Below, piece by piece: positions 13,789 through 25,824 of a DNA stretch of 64,000 nucleotides. This DNA is from the human T2T-CHM13v2.0 reference genome, Homo sapiens: assembly GCF_009914755.1 (NCBI RefSeq), contig NC_060944.1; one strand, 5' to 3'. Numbering within the stretch: position 1 is the first letter of the stretch; every line of letters starts with the position of its first letter. A program made the translations under genes and the position numbers. Below the pieces are notes generated by a model, which saw only the letters and a program-made list of their open reading frames with translations, was not told the DNA's origin and made no database searches.

Positions 13789-14429
13789 TGCAATTTTATC
13801 TCATGTATAGATTTGTATAACCACTACTACAATCAATATACTGAACTGTTCTGTCAACCACTAATTAACTCCCTCATGCTACCTCTTTGTATTTGCACCC
13901 ACCCCATCTTACTCTCCTGTTCTCCATCCCCTAGCAGATATTATGTTATCCATCTCTATAGTTTTGTTAAGAATATTTTACATCTTATCATACAGTACAT
14001 AACCTCAAGATTAATTTTTTTCAGTAAGTACGATGCCATTGAAGTCCAAAAAGGTCATTGCGTATCTCAATAGCTCGTTCGTTCTTATAGCTGAGCCTTA
14101 TTACATTTTACAAATGTATCTACAACCTATTTACATCATTACATTTGAAATGACTTCCTGTAGATAGCATATATTTGGGTCACATTTTTGTTTTTATTTG
14201 TTATTTAATTCACAGTGACAACCTCTGTCTTTTAATTGGTATATTTATTCCATTTACATTTAAAGTAAGTATAGACATTCTAGGGCTTAAGTTTACCATA
14301 TATGATTCATTTTCAGTTTGTTCTCTTTTTTACTGTTATTTCCATTTTCTGTCTGACTTACGTGTTACTTGAACATGTTTTAGAATTCCATTTTCAATGG
14401 TCTCTTATTTTTTAAAAAATAACATTTTT

Positions 14430-14727
<298 letters not shown>

Positions 14728-15119
14728 TCATTTTTGTATAGTTTTTGTAGTGGTTACTTACATTTGTTTCTGAATCTATCAAATTTCTTACAGACTTTGG
14801 CTAAGTCCCCTAATACTTAAATTGTCCTTGCTACCCATTTTCAGTGGGTCTGTGCCAAAGACTAGAGTCTATAATACAACCTATTTAATTCTACCTGGCC
14901 ATGTGCGAAGCCAAAAAGGGATCACCCTGCAGGTACATCATTTTACCTACGTCTTGAACTCTGACTTTAAAACCCAAACTCTAATAGTAGTAAGTAGCTC
15001 TATGGCCCAAAGTTATGAAGGTGGTAGTTAATACCTGGGGGTAACTCAGTATTATACTTGGAAAGGCAGGAATCAGGTGACCATGTTCTTCTCTACAGCT
15101 TGATAAATACAAAGGGTAC

Positions 15120-15691
15120 TGTAAAGTAATGGATGTATTTTGGTCAAAGATAGGCAGAGGTAGGATGTTTACATCCAGAGTGACTCAGCGAATTTAGAGT
15201 GCAGGCACATAGCTCCACTTGTTATCACAGCCATGTAGCCATAACATGGGAAGGCTCATCATTTGGCTCTAAGCCACTATCGTCTGTAAAACGTATATTT
15301 GCCCTGCTGATACAGTACAGGCACACTTGTGTCCAGAGAGAGAGAGAGTCAGAGCTGTCCATCTTTGCAGATGGACAGGGTGAGCCAGGACACAGCTGGG
15401 CTCGCTTGTGTCCAGAGAAAGAGTTAAACTGCTGACCCTGAATGCAAGGGAGAGCCGGCCATGTGTGTGGGAGCCGCCGGACTAAGCAGCCGAGACAGGG
15501 CAGACAGTGTGAGAGAACTGGTGCGAGGGAGCTACTGATGAGAGTGGTGCCGAACAAAACTACATATCCCCTGTCTACGGCCCCCCGAGTGTTCTTTCAG
15601 TTACCTGCTCATCCACCCACTCCCTTCAGACCTCAGCATGAGCTGGAATGTGACCCTGGGCGTGACAATTGGCGCAGTCGTGAACCTGACA
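15120..15691 (+). mobile_element. LTR18B-like (HERVL18/HERV-S) solo LTR
   Basis: Starts TGTAAAGTAATGGATGTATTTTGGTCAAAGATAGG; contains TGACTCAGCGA...CTCCACTTGTTAT; ends GAACCTGACA; degraded TSD GGTAC/AGTAT. Confidence 0.8.
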
Positions 15692-16045
15692 AGTATATAA
15701 GCATGACGCATCAAGATGCAAATTCAAGTTTAGTAAATATATGCTGCATGGCCACTGTGTACCAGGCTCTGGATTTTCACTTAAATGATCACTTTTCATC
15801 TCCTCAGCAGCAACAAGATCTATCATAACATGAATTGACACAACAGGGTTTTAATAGCAAACCAAAGTGGAGCAAAACATAATAGCAGACAGGAACCCAA
15901 TGGAAACAACCCCATACCAGATTTGCCACTATGGGCTTTGAGAACACCCAAACTGTATACAGCTCTGTTATTCTTGTTGCTTACTTTTCTCAAATGTCAA
16001 TGAACATAATGAATGAAATAATTATGTATGTATACACCCACACGG

Positions 16046-16076
<31 letters not shown>
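16046..16076. repeat. (CA)n microsatellite
   Basis: Seen directly in the sequence. Confidence 0.95.
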
Positions 16077-16080
<4 letters not shown>

Positions 16081-16104
16081 CCTTAAGTGGTCGCTTAAAG
16101 TATT

Positions 16105-16420
16105 GTTTATATTTTGAATATATGAACTTTCCAACATATACGAAGGTAGAGAGAATATTATAATGAACTCCTTCATATCCATTACCCAGTTTCAATAATT
16201 ATCCACATCAATATTTTTTCAATCTTGGTTTACCTACTTTCTACACTGTTACCTTTTGCTGTGTTACTTTAAGTCAAATCCCAGATGTCATGTTATTTTG
16301 TGTATACACCCTCTAGTATGCATCTCTAGCTGATAAAAGGACTTTCTCTTCCTCTATAACTACCATTCCCATATTACCTCTGACAACATTTATAATCATT
16401 CCTTAATACCATCTAATATT
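16105..16420 (-). mobile_element. L1ME/MC 3' end fragment
   Basis: GTAGAGAGAATATTATAATGAACTCC...AAATCCCAGATGTCATG...TCCTTAATACCATCTAATA. Confidence 0.75.
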
Positions 16421-17749
16421 AAGAGGGTTGAAAAGTGATTCTGATTATATGTGATTTCATCTTATCTTAGCTAATCATTTTACCTAAAATCCAGGTGTGT
16501 AAGAGATTATCACAATATAGTAAGGAAAATAAGAGTAATATGAATGAAAGTACTAGAGAAAAAGAAAGTACCCATAGAGAGCTACATGTGAGGCTGTCTG
16601 CGAGAGACTAGAGGTATCTGAATCATTCTAAGCATTCTCAGCAGTGAAAATCCTGAGTGAGCTGCCTTGGTGGGCACAGAAGTGTTCTCTGTCCTGTCAA
16701 GCTGCCACATACAGCTTTTGTTGTGAACGCTTCCTGATAGCAGGCACAGTGATGATCACATCCACAATGGAATTCTAGAAATAATGCCTTCTTTTTCTCT
16801 GGGAGAATGATGGTGCTTTACAGATGAAACAAGATGCCTGCCAAATGAAATAGGATTTTTGCCTCTAATTGTAACAGCTTAATAACATAAGGGATAGTCC
16901 ACAAAACTTTTTAAAATTCTGGGCTGATGCAAACTTGCTGCTGGATCTCTGCCAGCTCATTGCACCTGCAGCATTTCCCCACTAATATTTCAAAGTGTCA
17001 GCTTAAGTGGCCTGAGAGCTGCCTGCAGAACTATGGTAAATTGCTGAGATATGCCTAGACCAGCTGAGATAATAGGGCGCCAAGAAGCAGGGGAAAATGT
17101 CAACAGCTGGGGTTCATGCGACTAATTTTGTTTTCTTTAAACTTCATGGAATGACAAATCCCACTAAGAGCTAATCTGGAATTATACAATCACCAGATTC
17201 TTCATGTATTTTTAAATCCATGCAGTCAGTCAATAAATATATAGTAAACACGTATCAAAGGCACGGACGCTTTTGCCTCTTGAGCCTGTGATGGGCATCA
17301 AACATGCAGCCCTCTCTCGGGCTGAATCTGACCATGACCCCTGCATACTTCTTACCATCAAGCTCCAGGCAGCAGCAGGAGCATAATTATTAACATAGGA
17401 TACAAAATCTGTTTCCTTTTTCAAGCATATTCTCAACCTCTCTGAGAAAGCGTAACAACGGGCTGACTGCTCTATGTGACTATACTGTCTCATTGTAAAC
17501 AAACTAACAATGGTGCGAAGTTCTGAACAGGGCAGAGACCACACTTGTCTATATTTTTAGAACCACGCATCATGTTAGGAACAAGGAAGCTGCTCAAAAA
17601 TATTTATTTAAGGATGCGATGGGTAATTGAACAAAAGAAGCATCACATATGTGCTATCTGAATCCAGTAATCTAGATTGATAGAAGTCTATGGAAAATAA
17701 GAATAACACTAGCAATGGTAACATAAAATAATTAAAATGGAAGCTGATC

Positions 17750-17960
17750 CTTATTGAATGATATCTTTATCTCAGGCATTGTGCGTAAGTATATTCATGG
17801 ACAATCTCTCATTTATTGCTCACAGCCTTCAGCGATAGATTCTGTTATTGGCTTCATGTTTCCAAGGGGGAACCTGAGGCTTAGAGAAGTTAAACAAGTG
17901 GCCCAAAGAGCAGCTAGCAGTCTGAGTCCACTGCCTACATTCTTATCCCATCCACTGCGG
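17750..17960 (-). mobile_element. MIR
   Basis: TTATTGAATG...GGAACCTGAGGCTTAGAGAAGTTAAACAAGTGGCCCAAAG. Confidence 0.75.
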
Positions 17961-18091
17961 CATGCTGACTCTTTGGTATAAAAAGGCTGTCCAATTTTAG
18001 GTGATCATTGTTGTCTCTAGGTATCTTTGTACAATATATCTTACATGGTCATTTCCTCCTGGAATTAAGAGCATGCTATACAATTTTTCTA

Positions 18092-18392
18092 CTATTATTA
18101 TTTTAATTTAATTTTTTTGAGACAGGGCCTCACTCTGTCCTCCAGGCTAGAATGCAGTGGTGTGAACATGGCTCACTGCAGCCTCGACCTCAAGCAATCC
18201 TCCCACCTCAGCCTCCCAAGTGGCTGGGAATACACATGCATGTCACCACGCCTGGCTAATTTAAAAAAAAAAAATTATAGAGACAGGGTCTTGCCGTGTT
18301 GCCCAGGCTAGTCTCAATCTCCTGGGCTCAAGCAATTCTGCCTCAGGCTCCTAAAGTGCTAGGATTATAGGCATGTTTCACCATGCCTAGCC
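18092..18392 (-). mobile_element. AluJ
   Basis: CATGGCTCACTGCAGCCTCGACCTC, TCCTGGGCTCAAGCAAT. Confidence 0.9.
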
Positions 18393-18999
18393 TCAGTACT
18401 TGTATTTATGATTCAGGGTTTGGGTGAAAATTAAAGGACTTCTATAGAAAAGATAGCAGATGTGTCCTGGGAAGAAACTTTAGAAAAACCAGAATTGGCT
18501 GGCAATGAAAAAGAGAACACTCTGGCAGGTGGTATCCCTTGTGGGTATTTCAGGTGCCAAGGCATGGGTAGAGTGGTGAGAAAGTGATAAAATGCATGTG
18601 ACCAGAAAAACAGATGTGCAGAGAAGCATGGATTAGAGCTTTAAGGAAGCTAGTTTCATAAATAACTTGGTAAATATCAGCAGAGCTTCATTTTATGGCT
18701 ATTTCTGTGTTTTACTTGAATTGCTAATTACCCACAGAAATACAGTTCAGGAGTGGGGTTCTTGAAAATTTACATTTAATATGATCCTGGTACTTCAGAT
18801 ATTTTATTAAGTATAATTGAAAAGGGTTAACACTAGCAGTTTTCTTCTATCTGTTCTGTATTTGAAAATATACCCACTCATACATTTTATACACACACGT
18901 TATATATGCATGTACACTTGTGTATGTTTATACATATACATTATATAATGTTTGTATATATAAAGTACATATATTGTAGAAATAAAAAATACATTCCTT

Positions 19000-19360
19000 T
19001 TGGCTGTATCTGGCTACAATGACAAAAGGAGAACCTTTTAAATTCTGTTAATATGTTTGAATTTAAGACAGTAGGAGATATTAAATGACTTCTGTTATAA
19101 AAATAAAGTAACAAGCAAACATCACCCACTGAAGAGAAAAGCATCTGTTTAAATGATGCCTTATTATGGAAAAGAGTAAGGTTATTTATTATACTTTTGA
19201 TGAATATTTTCATTGTTTTTAGTTATTAGCTATTATGAATGATGTTAATATGAACACTAAATTACAAATAATGCTGCTATAGCTATGTGCACCAAGTGTA
19301 CGTTCCACATATGTATACTAGATATACACCTATGAGTATCATTGCTTAATCATATGGCAT
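19000..19360 (-). mobile_element. L1ME 3' region (outer host; resumes at 25653-25715)
   Basis: ACAAATAATGCTGCTAT...ATATACACCTATGAGTATCATTGCT; continues GGTTTGCATGTGTTCAGCT at 25653. Confidence 0.65.
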
Positions 19361-19756
19361 TGCATTAGTTTTGTATTCTTGCATAGAAAATGACCCCAAA
19401 TACTTAGAGGCTTAAAACAACTAACACTTATTGTCACAGTTTCTTTGCATCAGGAATCTGTGTGCACCTTAGCTGGGTTGCTCTAGCTCAGGCTTTCTCA
19501 CAAAGCTGCAGTCAGGATGTTGGTTGAAGGTGCTGTCTCATATGAAGGCTGGACGGAAGAAGAATCTGCTTCCAAGCTTGTACACATAGCTGTTGGCAGG
19601 TTGTTGGACCAAGGAACTTAGTTCCTCTCTGGACGTAGGATGGAAATCTCCCTCAATTCCTTGCCATATTGCCTTCCCTTTAGGGTAGCTCAGGACATGG
19701 CAGCTGGATTTCTGAAGACACCAAGAGAGTAAGAAAGATGAATGACAAAGTCTTTT
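19361..19756 (-). mobile_element. MLT1E/F-like LTR, first part
   Basis: TGCATTAGTTT...GGCTTAAAACAAC...CAGGAATCTG...GAAGAATCTGCTTCCAAGCT. Confidence 0.8.
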
Positions 19757-20257
19757 TAAAAAAATATTTAACCTTTTTAATTTTGAGATCATTAATTGCA
19801 GATTCATTCACATGTAGTTGTAAGAGAGATCCTGTGTAGCTTTTACCCAGTTTCCCCCAGTGGTAACATCTTCCACAACTATAGTAAAATATCAAACCAG
19901 GATATTGACACTGATACAGTCCAGATACAGAATATTTCCATCACCAGAAAGATGCTTCATGTTGTCCTTGATATCTTCGGATACATTTACTTCCTACCAA
20001 CTTCTCCTCCTTAATCCTTGGCAACTACTACTCTCTTTTCTATTTCTATAGTTTTGTCATTTCAGCAAAGCTATGTAAGAAGAATTGTGTAGTATACAAC
20101 CTTTTGGCATTGGTTTTTTCATTCGGCTAATTCTCTGGATATTCATTCAGTTGTTCCATGAATTAACAGCTTCGTTCTTTTTACGCTGACTAGACTTATC
20201 TGGAGTGGATGTACTACACTCTACTTACCCATTCAGCCACTGAGGGACATCTGGCTT

Positions 20258-20738
20258 TGGAGAGGCCAGTGGCCACTTAATGATATCCATGTCCTAATCC
20301 CTAGAATCTGAGTACATTACCTGGCAAAAGGGACACTGCAGATATGATTAAATATCTTGAGATGGGGATAACATCCTGGATTATTTGGGTGGGATAAATA
20401 TAATCCAAAGATCTTCCTAAGAGAGAAGCAGGAAGCCCAGAGTCAGAAAAAAAAAAAAAAAGATTTCACAAAGGAAGCAGAGGAAGAAGAGATGGGACCA
20501 CGAATTCAATGGTTGCAGCAATGTGGCCAAGAGGCCAAAAAAATTCAGGTATCATCAGAAACGGGAAAAGGCCAGGAAGCATTTCATTCTCCCCTAGAGT
20601 CTCCAGAATGAATGTCCACCTGCTGACAACTTGATTTTAGGACTTCTCACGTCCAAAACTGTATAATAATAAGTTTGTGTTATTTTAAGCCATGAAGTGT
20701 GTAATAATTAGCTACAGCAGCAATAGAAAGCTAATGTA
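20258..20738 (+). mobile_element. MLT1C/D solo LTR
   Basis: GATATCCATGTCCTAATCCCTAGAATCTG...GGCAAAAGGGAC...CAGCAGCAATAGAAAGCTAAT; TSD GGCTT/GGTTT. Confidence 0.85.
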
Positions 20739-20815
20739 GGTTTGTTTCCAATTTTTGGTGATTACAAACAAAGATGCTATAAACATTCATATCCTGGTTT
20801 TTGTGAGAATATGAC

Positions 20816-21376
20816 TGTATTAGTCAGGGTCCTCTAGAGGGACAGAACGAATAGGATATATGTATATATGAAAGGAAGTTTACTAAGGATAATTGACTCA
20901 CACCATCACAAGGTAAAAGTCCCACAATAGGGCCATCTGCAAATTGAGGAGCAAGGAAGCCAGTGGTGGCTCAGTCCAAGCCCCAAAACCTCAAAAGTAG
21001 GGAAGCCGACAGTGTACCCTTCAGTCTGTGACCAAAGGCCTGAGAGCCCCTGGCAAACCACTGGGGTAAGTCCAAGAGTCCAAAGGCCGAAGAACCTGGA
21101 GTCTGGTGTTCAAGGGCAGGAAGAATCCAGCACTGGAGAACGACGAAGGCAGAAAGACTCAGCAAGCCAGCTCATCCCACCTTCCTCTGCCTGCTTTTTC
21201 TAGCCGCACTGGCAGCCGATTACATGGTGCCCAACTGGATTGAGGGTGAGTCTGCCTCTCCCAGTCCACAGACTCAAATGTTAATCTCCTCTGGCAATAC
21301 CATCACAGACACACCCAGAAATAATACTTTGCATCCTTCAATCCAATCAAGTTCACAGTCCACATTAACCATCACA
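20816..21376 (-). mobile_element. MLT2A2-like (ERVL) solo LTR
   Basis: TGTATTAGTCAGGGTCCTCTAGAGGGACAGAAC...ATTAACCATCACA; 561 bp; perfect 5-bp TSD ATGAC. Confidence 0.88.
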
Positions 21377-22117
21377 ATGACTTTTATTTCTCTGGAATAA
21401 AAGCCAAGAGGTGCAATTGCCAGTTTATATGTTAGTTACACATTTAGTTTATTAAAGACACCCCTGGACTCTTTTCCAGAGTGGGTACACCACTTGAACC
21501 CACCAAGATTATATGAATTATACAGTTTATTGACATCCTTTTTCACCTTTGACATTGTTACTATTTTTTTTTTTATTTTAGCCATCCTGTAGATGTGCAG
21601 TGGTATCTCATTGTAGTTTTAATTTGCATTTCTCTGATGAATAATGATGTTGAACATCTTTTTGAGGGTTTTTGTTATCTATAGAGCATCTATGAGGAAA
21701 TGTCCCTTTATGTCTTTTGCCCATTTTCTTTTTGAATTGTTTTCTACTTTTGAGTTTTGAGAATTCCTTTTATACAGCTATTCAAATTGTTTTGCCCCTG
21801 TATAAGCAAGGTTTTTTTTTTTTTTGTTAATTTCTTATTGCTTTCAAACTTTTTTCTTCAGTTTTCTAATGTTAGATTATAATGTGTCTTTGTATGGATT
21901 TCTCCAGGTTTATTTTGAGTTTGTTCAGCTTCCGGTATCTCTAGGTTAATGTCTTTTGCCAAATTTGGGGAGTTTTCAGCCATCAAGATTCTGATGAATC
22001 TTGATGCTTTGAGTCTTTCTCCAGCCCTGCCCTCTTTCTAGTTTCCTTCTGAGACTCCATTGTCACAAATATTTGATCTTTTGTTACAGTTCGTTTGGTC
22101 CCTTGTGCTCCTTCTTT

Positions 22118-22213
22118 TCTTTTTTCTCTTTTCTTTTTTCTATGCTTTTCTTTCTTTTATTTTTTCTCTTTCTTTCTTTCTTTCTTTTCTTTCTTTCTTT
22201 CTTTCTTTCTTTC
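22118..22213. repeat. (CTTT)n-rich pyrimidine tract
   Basis: Seen directly in the sequence. Confidence 0.85.
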
Positions 22214-22343
22214 TGCATATTTTCTCTTTTTGTTCAGCTTGGTTAATTTCTGTTGCCCATTCAGTTTTTTAAATTGGTTGTTGCATTTTTCAAGTTCTAA
22301 AATTTCCATTTAGTTCTGCTTTGTATCTTCTATTTCTTTGCTG

Positions 22344-23110
22344 TGTCAATGAAAACAGTAAAATATTTGAAGAGATTCATTCTGAGCCAAATATGAGTGA
22401 CCATGGCCCATGACGCAGCCCTCAGGAAGTCCTAAGAACATGTGCCCAAAGTATTTGGGGTGCAGCTTGGTTTTATACATTTATACATTTTAGGGACGCA
22501 TGAGACAGCAATGAAATACAGTTAAGAAATACATTGGTTTGGTCCAGAAAGGCGGGACAACTCAAAGCAAGGGCTTCCAGGCTATAGGTAAATTTAAACA
22601 CTTTCTAGTTGACAATTGGTTGAGTTTATCTAAAGACCTGGGATCACAGAAAGGAAATGTTCAGTTTAAGATAAAAGATTGTGGAGACCAAGGTTCTTTT
22701 GAGGTGTTATAGTGGCTGCCCTTAGAGACAGTAGATGACAAATGTTTCCTATTCAGATCTTTAAAAGGTGCTAGACTCTTGGTTAATCTCTTTAGGATTG
22801 GGAGAGCCTGGAAGAAAAGGATCTAGCTATGTTAATAGAGATTCTTCACAGATGTAAATTTCCCCTGACAATGGACAGCTTTGCATAGCCATTTCAAGAT
22901 ATGGCAAAGAAACATTTTTTGGGGTAAAATATTTTGACTTTCTTCTTTGTCACATAATGTTATTCCAGAGTCAGATTGGAAAGTAAGTCAGATACATAGG
23001 GTTAAATAAAACCCATCTAATGAGAATTTAATGATTTGTAGGGCATGACTCCCCAGACTCCTTAAATAGGAATTTGGGCAAGATAAAAAAAAATTAGAGT
23101 TTAGTCCTCA
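22344..23110 (-). mobile_element. MER4E/MER4D-like ERV1 solo LTR
   Basis: Reverse complement starts TGAGGACTAAACTCTAATTTTTTTTATCTTGCCCAAATTCC; perfect 4-bp TSD GCTG. Confidence 0.85.
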
Positions 23111-23362
23111 GCTGGAACATACTAATTTTTATTTCAGTAATATTTGCAATTTCTTTTTAAAGTATTTTTATGATGGCTGTTTTAGAAGCCTTGTCAGAGA
23201 ATTCTAACATAATTGTCATCTTGGTGTTAGCATCTTCTAGTTATCTTTTGCTTGAGATCTTACTGTTTTGTTTTTTTTGTTTTTTTTGGAAATTAAACAT
23301 CCTGTTCCTAAACAACAAATGGGTCAATGAAGAAATTAAACAGGTAATCTAAAAATTCTTTT

Positions 23363-23709
<347 letters not shown>

Positions 23710-23745
23710 CTACAGCAAAAGCAGTTCTAAGAGGGAAGTTGTTAG

Positions 23746-24290
23746 TGTTATAGCCTCGCCAATCTACCACGATGTAGCAGTATCTCATTGCCTGATGTTC
23801 TTTGTCTCACCACCAAGAAAGTTAAGGAGCATGGACATCAAGGGTGAGGTTGGAGGGAAAGTTTAATAAGTGAAAGAAGAAGGCTCTTCACTGCACAGAG
23901 GGGACCCAGAAGAGGGTTTCCATTTTCACAGTTGAATGCAAAAGCTTTTATAAGAAACCAATGAGGGCTGGGTGTCTCATTTGCATAAGGCATGCATTTC
24001 TGGTAGCTTCACCCTGTCCTCCTAATGTGCATGTGGACCCTTAGCTTGATTTACTCCATATTTCTTTATTACCCTTACTGAACATGTGTAGGGGGAAGAA
24101 TTTTCCATCCTGGGCACTTCCCGGAAAGTCACCTCTATAATCTTTCTTATCTGTGTGGCTGTGGGCGTGTCTTTGGCAAGCCCCACTGTGAGAGTTCCCT
24201 TATCTATGCCTGCAGGCTGTTCTTTTATTTGAAAGAATTCAGCTGAGGACCCACCCTAACTGCCTGGGTTTTTTCCTTTCTTCTCTCTCA
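23746..24290 (-). mobile_element. ERV1 solo LTR (MER84/MER87-like)
   Basis: TG...CA termini; reverse complement starts TGAGAGAGAAGAAAGGAAAAAACCCAGGCAGTTAGGGTGGGTCCTC; TSD TTAG/ATAG; subfamily uncertain. Confidence 0.7.
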
Positions 24291-25479
24291 ATAGCAATAA
24301 ATCCCAACATCAAAAAGGTAGAAACACTTCAAATAAACAACCTAACAATGCACCTCAGGGAATTAAAAAAGAAAGAACAAACCAAACCAAAAAATAGTAG
24401 AAGGAAAGAATAAAGATCAGAGAAAAATAAATGAAATAGAGATTAAAAGAAACAGCAATATGAAAGATCAATGACACAAAAAGTTGATTTTTTGAAAAAG
24501 TAGACATTATATACTTTAAATATTGTTATGAGTCTCTGGATCTTACGTAGGCCTTGTGTTTTATGTGGCTTCTTCTGACACTGTTTTACCAGGGGAAGGG
24601 GTGGGGTGTAGGGTGTATTCTGCTACCACCATGTTGGATACAAGTTCATGTTCCCCCAGTGGTCTTCGTTGACATCTGAGGGGAGCTCCTCATTGCTGCT
24701 AGGTAAGGATGGGGATTATGACTTCCCAGTAATTTCCACAATCCTTGGTTGGCTGGGAGATATAAGATATATCCCCTATATTTCTCCCATACCTCTGGAC
24801 AGTGGTGAAAATCCTGACTCTTCTCTAGGCCTTGTCTAATGCCACCCACATAAAGAGAGGTAAGGAGTCTCGTTACGGCCAGATGGGAGTGGATGTCCAG
24901 GCGGTCTACATGGTCTCCACTGACACTGCAGTGTGGAGCCTTGCTACCAGCCAATAGGAATGCAAGTCCTGGCCCTGTACGTGGCCTTCTCTGCCACCAC
25001 TCCAATGGGGAGTTAGGGCTGACTTCTTATAGCGTGTGAACTGTAGAAGTCTAATATTTTGCTGGTGGGGTGGAGATGGACCACTGTATTTTTTTTCTGT
25101 GATGCTTGGCTGCAGTAGAGTGGATAGTATCTAAAAGTTGTCTGTCTGTCTTGCTAGGCTGCCCTTATTCTTTTCATTTGTCTAGGGAAAGCAAGGTTTT
25201 GTCAGGGCTTCATTGTGTCTGTGCCTGTTGGCATTTCTAGGTTGCTGGTTCTTCAGCCTCAAGCATGGGATACATGAAGCAAAAGGAACACCCAGAGAAT
25301 TAATTACCATGTTTTTCTGTGGGTACCCAGGTCACTAGCAGGTCTGCCTTCTCTCTGCCTTTCAGGGTCTTCTTAGGTTTATTTTGTAAACAGTACCCTA
25401 GGTTTTTAGTTTCACTTAGTGGAACATATAGGGGAAAAAAACATCTATTCCATCTTCCCAGAAGGAGAAGTCCCAGAAT

Positions 25480-25652
25480 ATTTTTGTAACCTAATATTGG
25501 AAATGACATTCATCACTTTTGCTCCATTCTGTTATTTGGAAGTAAGTCACGGGCTACAGCTTACACTCAAGGGATAGTTTACCACAAGTATATAGGGGCA
25601 CAAGTTCCAGAAGGTGAGGGTCATTGAGCAGTCTCAGAGGTTGCCTGTTGCA
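25480..25652 (-). mobile_element. MLT1E/F-like LTR, second part
   Basis: TTTTGTAACCTAATATTGGAAATGACATTCATCACTTTTGC...CACTCAAGGG...GGGTCATTG. Confidence 0.75.
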
Positions 25653-25824
25653 GGTTTGCATGTGTTCAGCTGAGTGGATATTGTGTGTAATTTCCTCAAA
25701 GTTTGTGCTAATTTCTATTAATTAGCTGGAGAATAAAAGATTGAAGCTGGCCAGGATTTATATTAATTAGCCAGACAATAAAAGTTTGAAGCTGTCCAGG
25801 ATTGGTTCTTGAGGTTTCAGGAAA

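Noticed and set aside
15442-15828. 128-aa ORF
   Set aside because: It spans the LTR 3' half and flank, with no similarity to gag or any protein I recognise.
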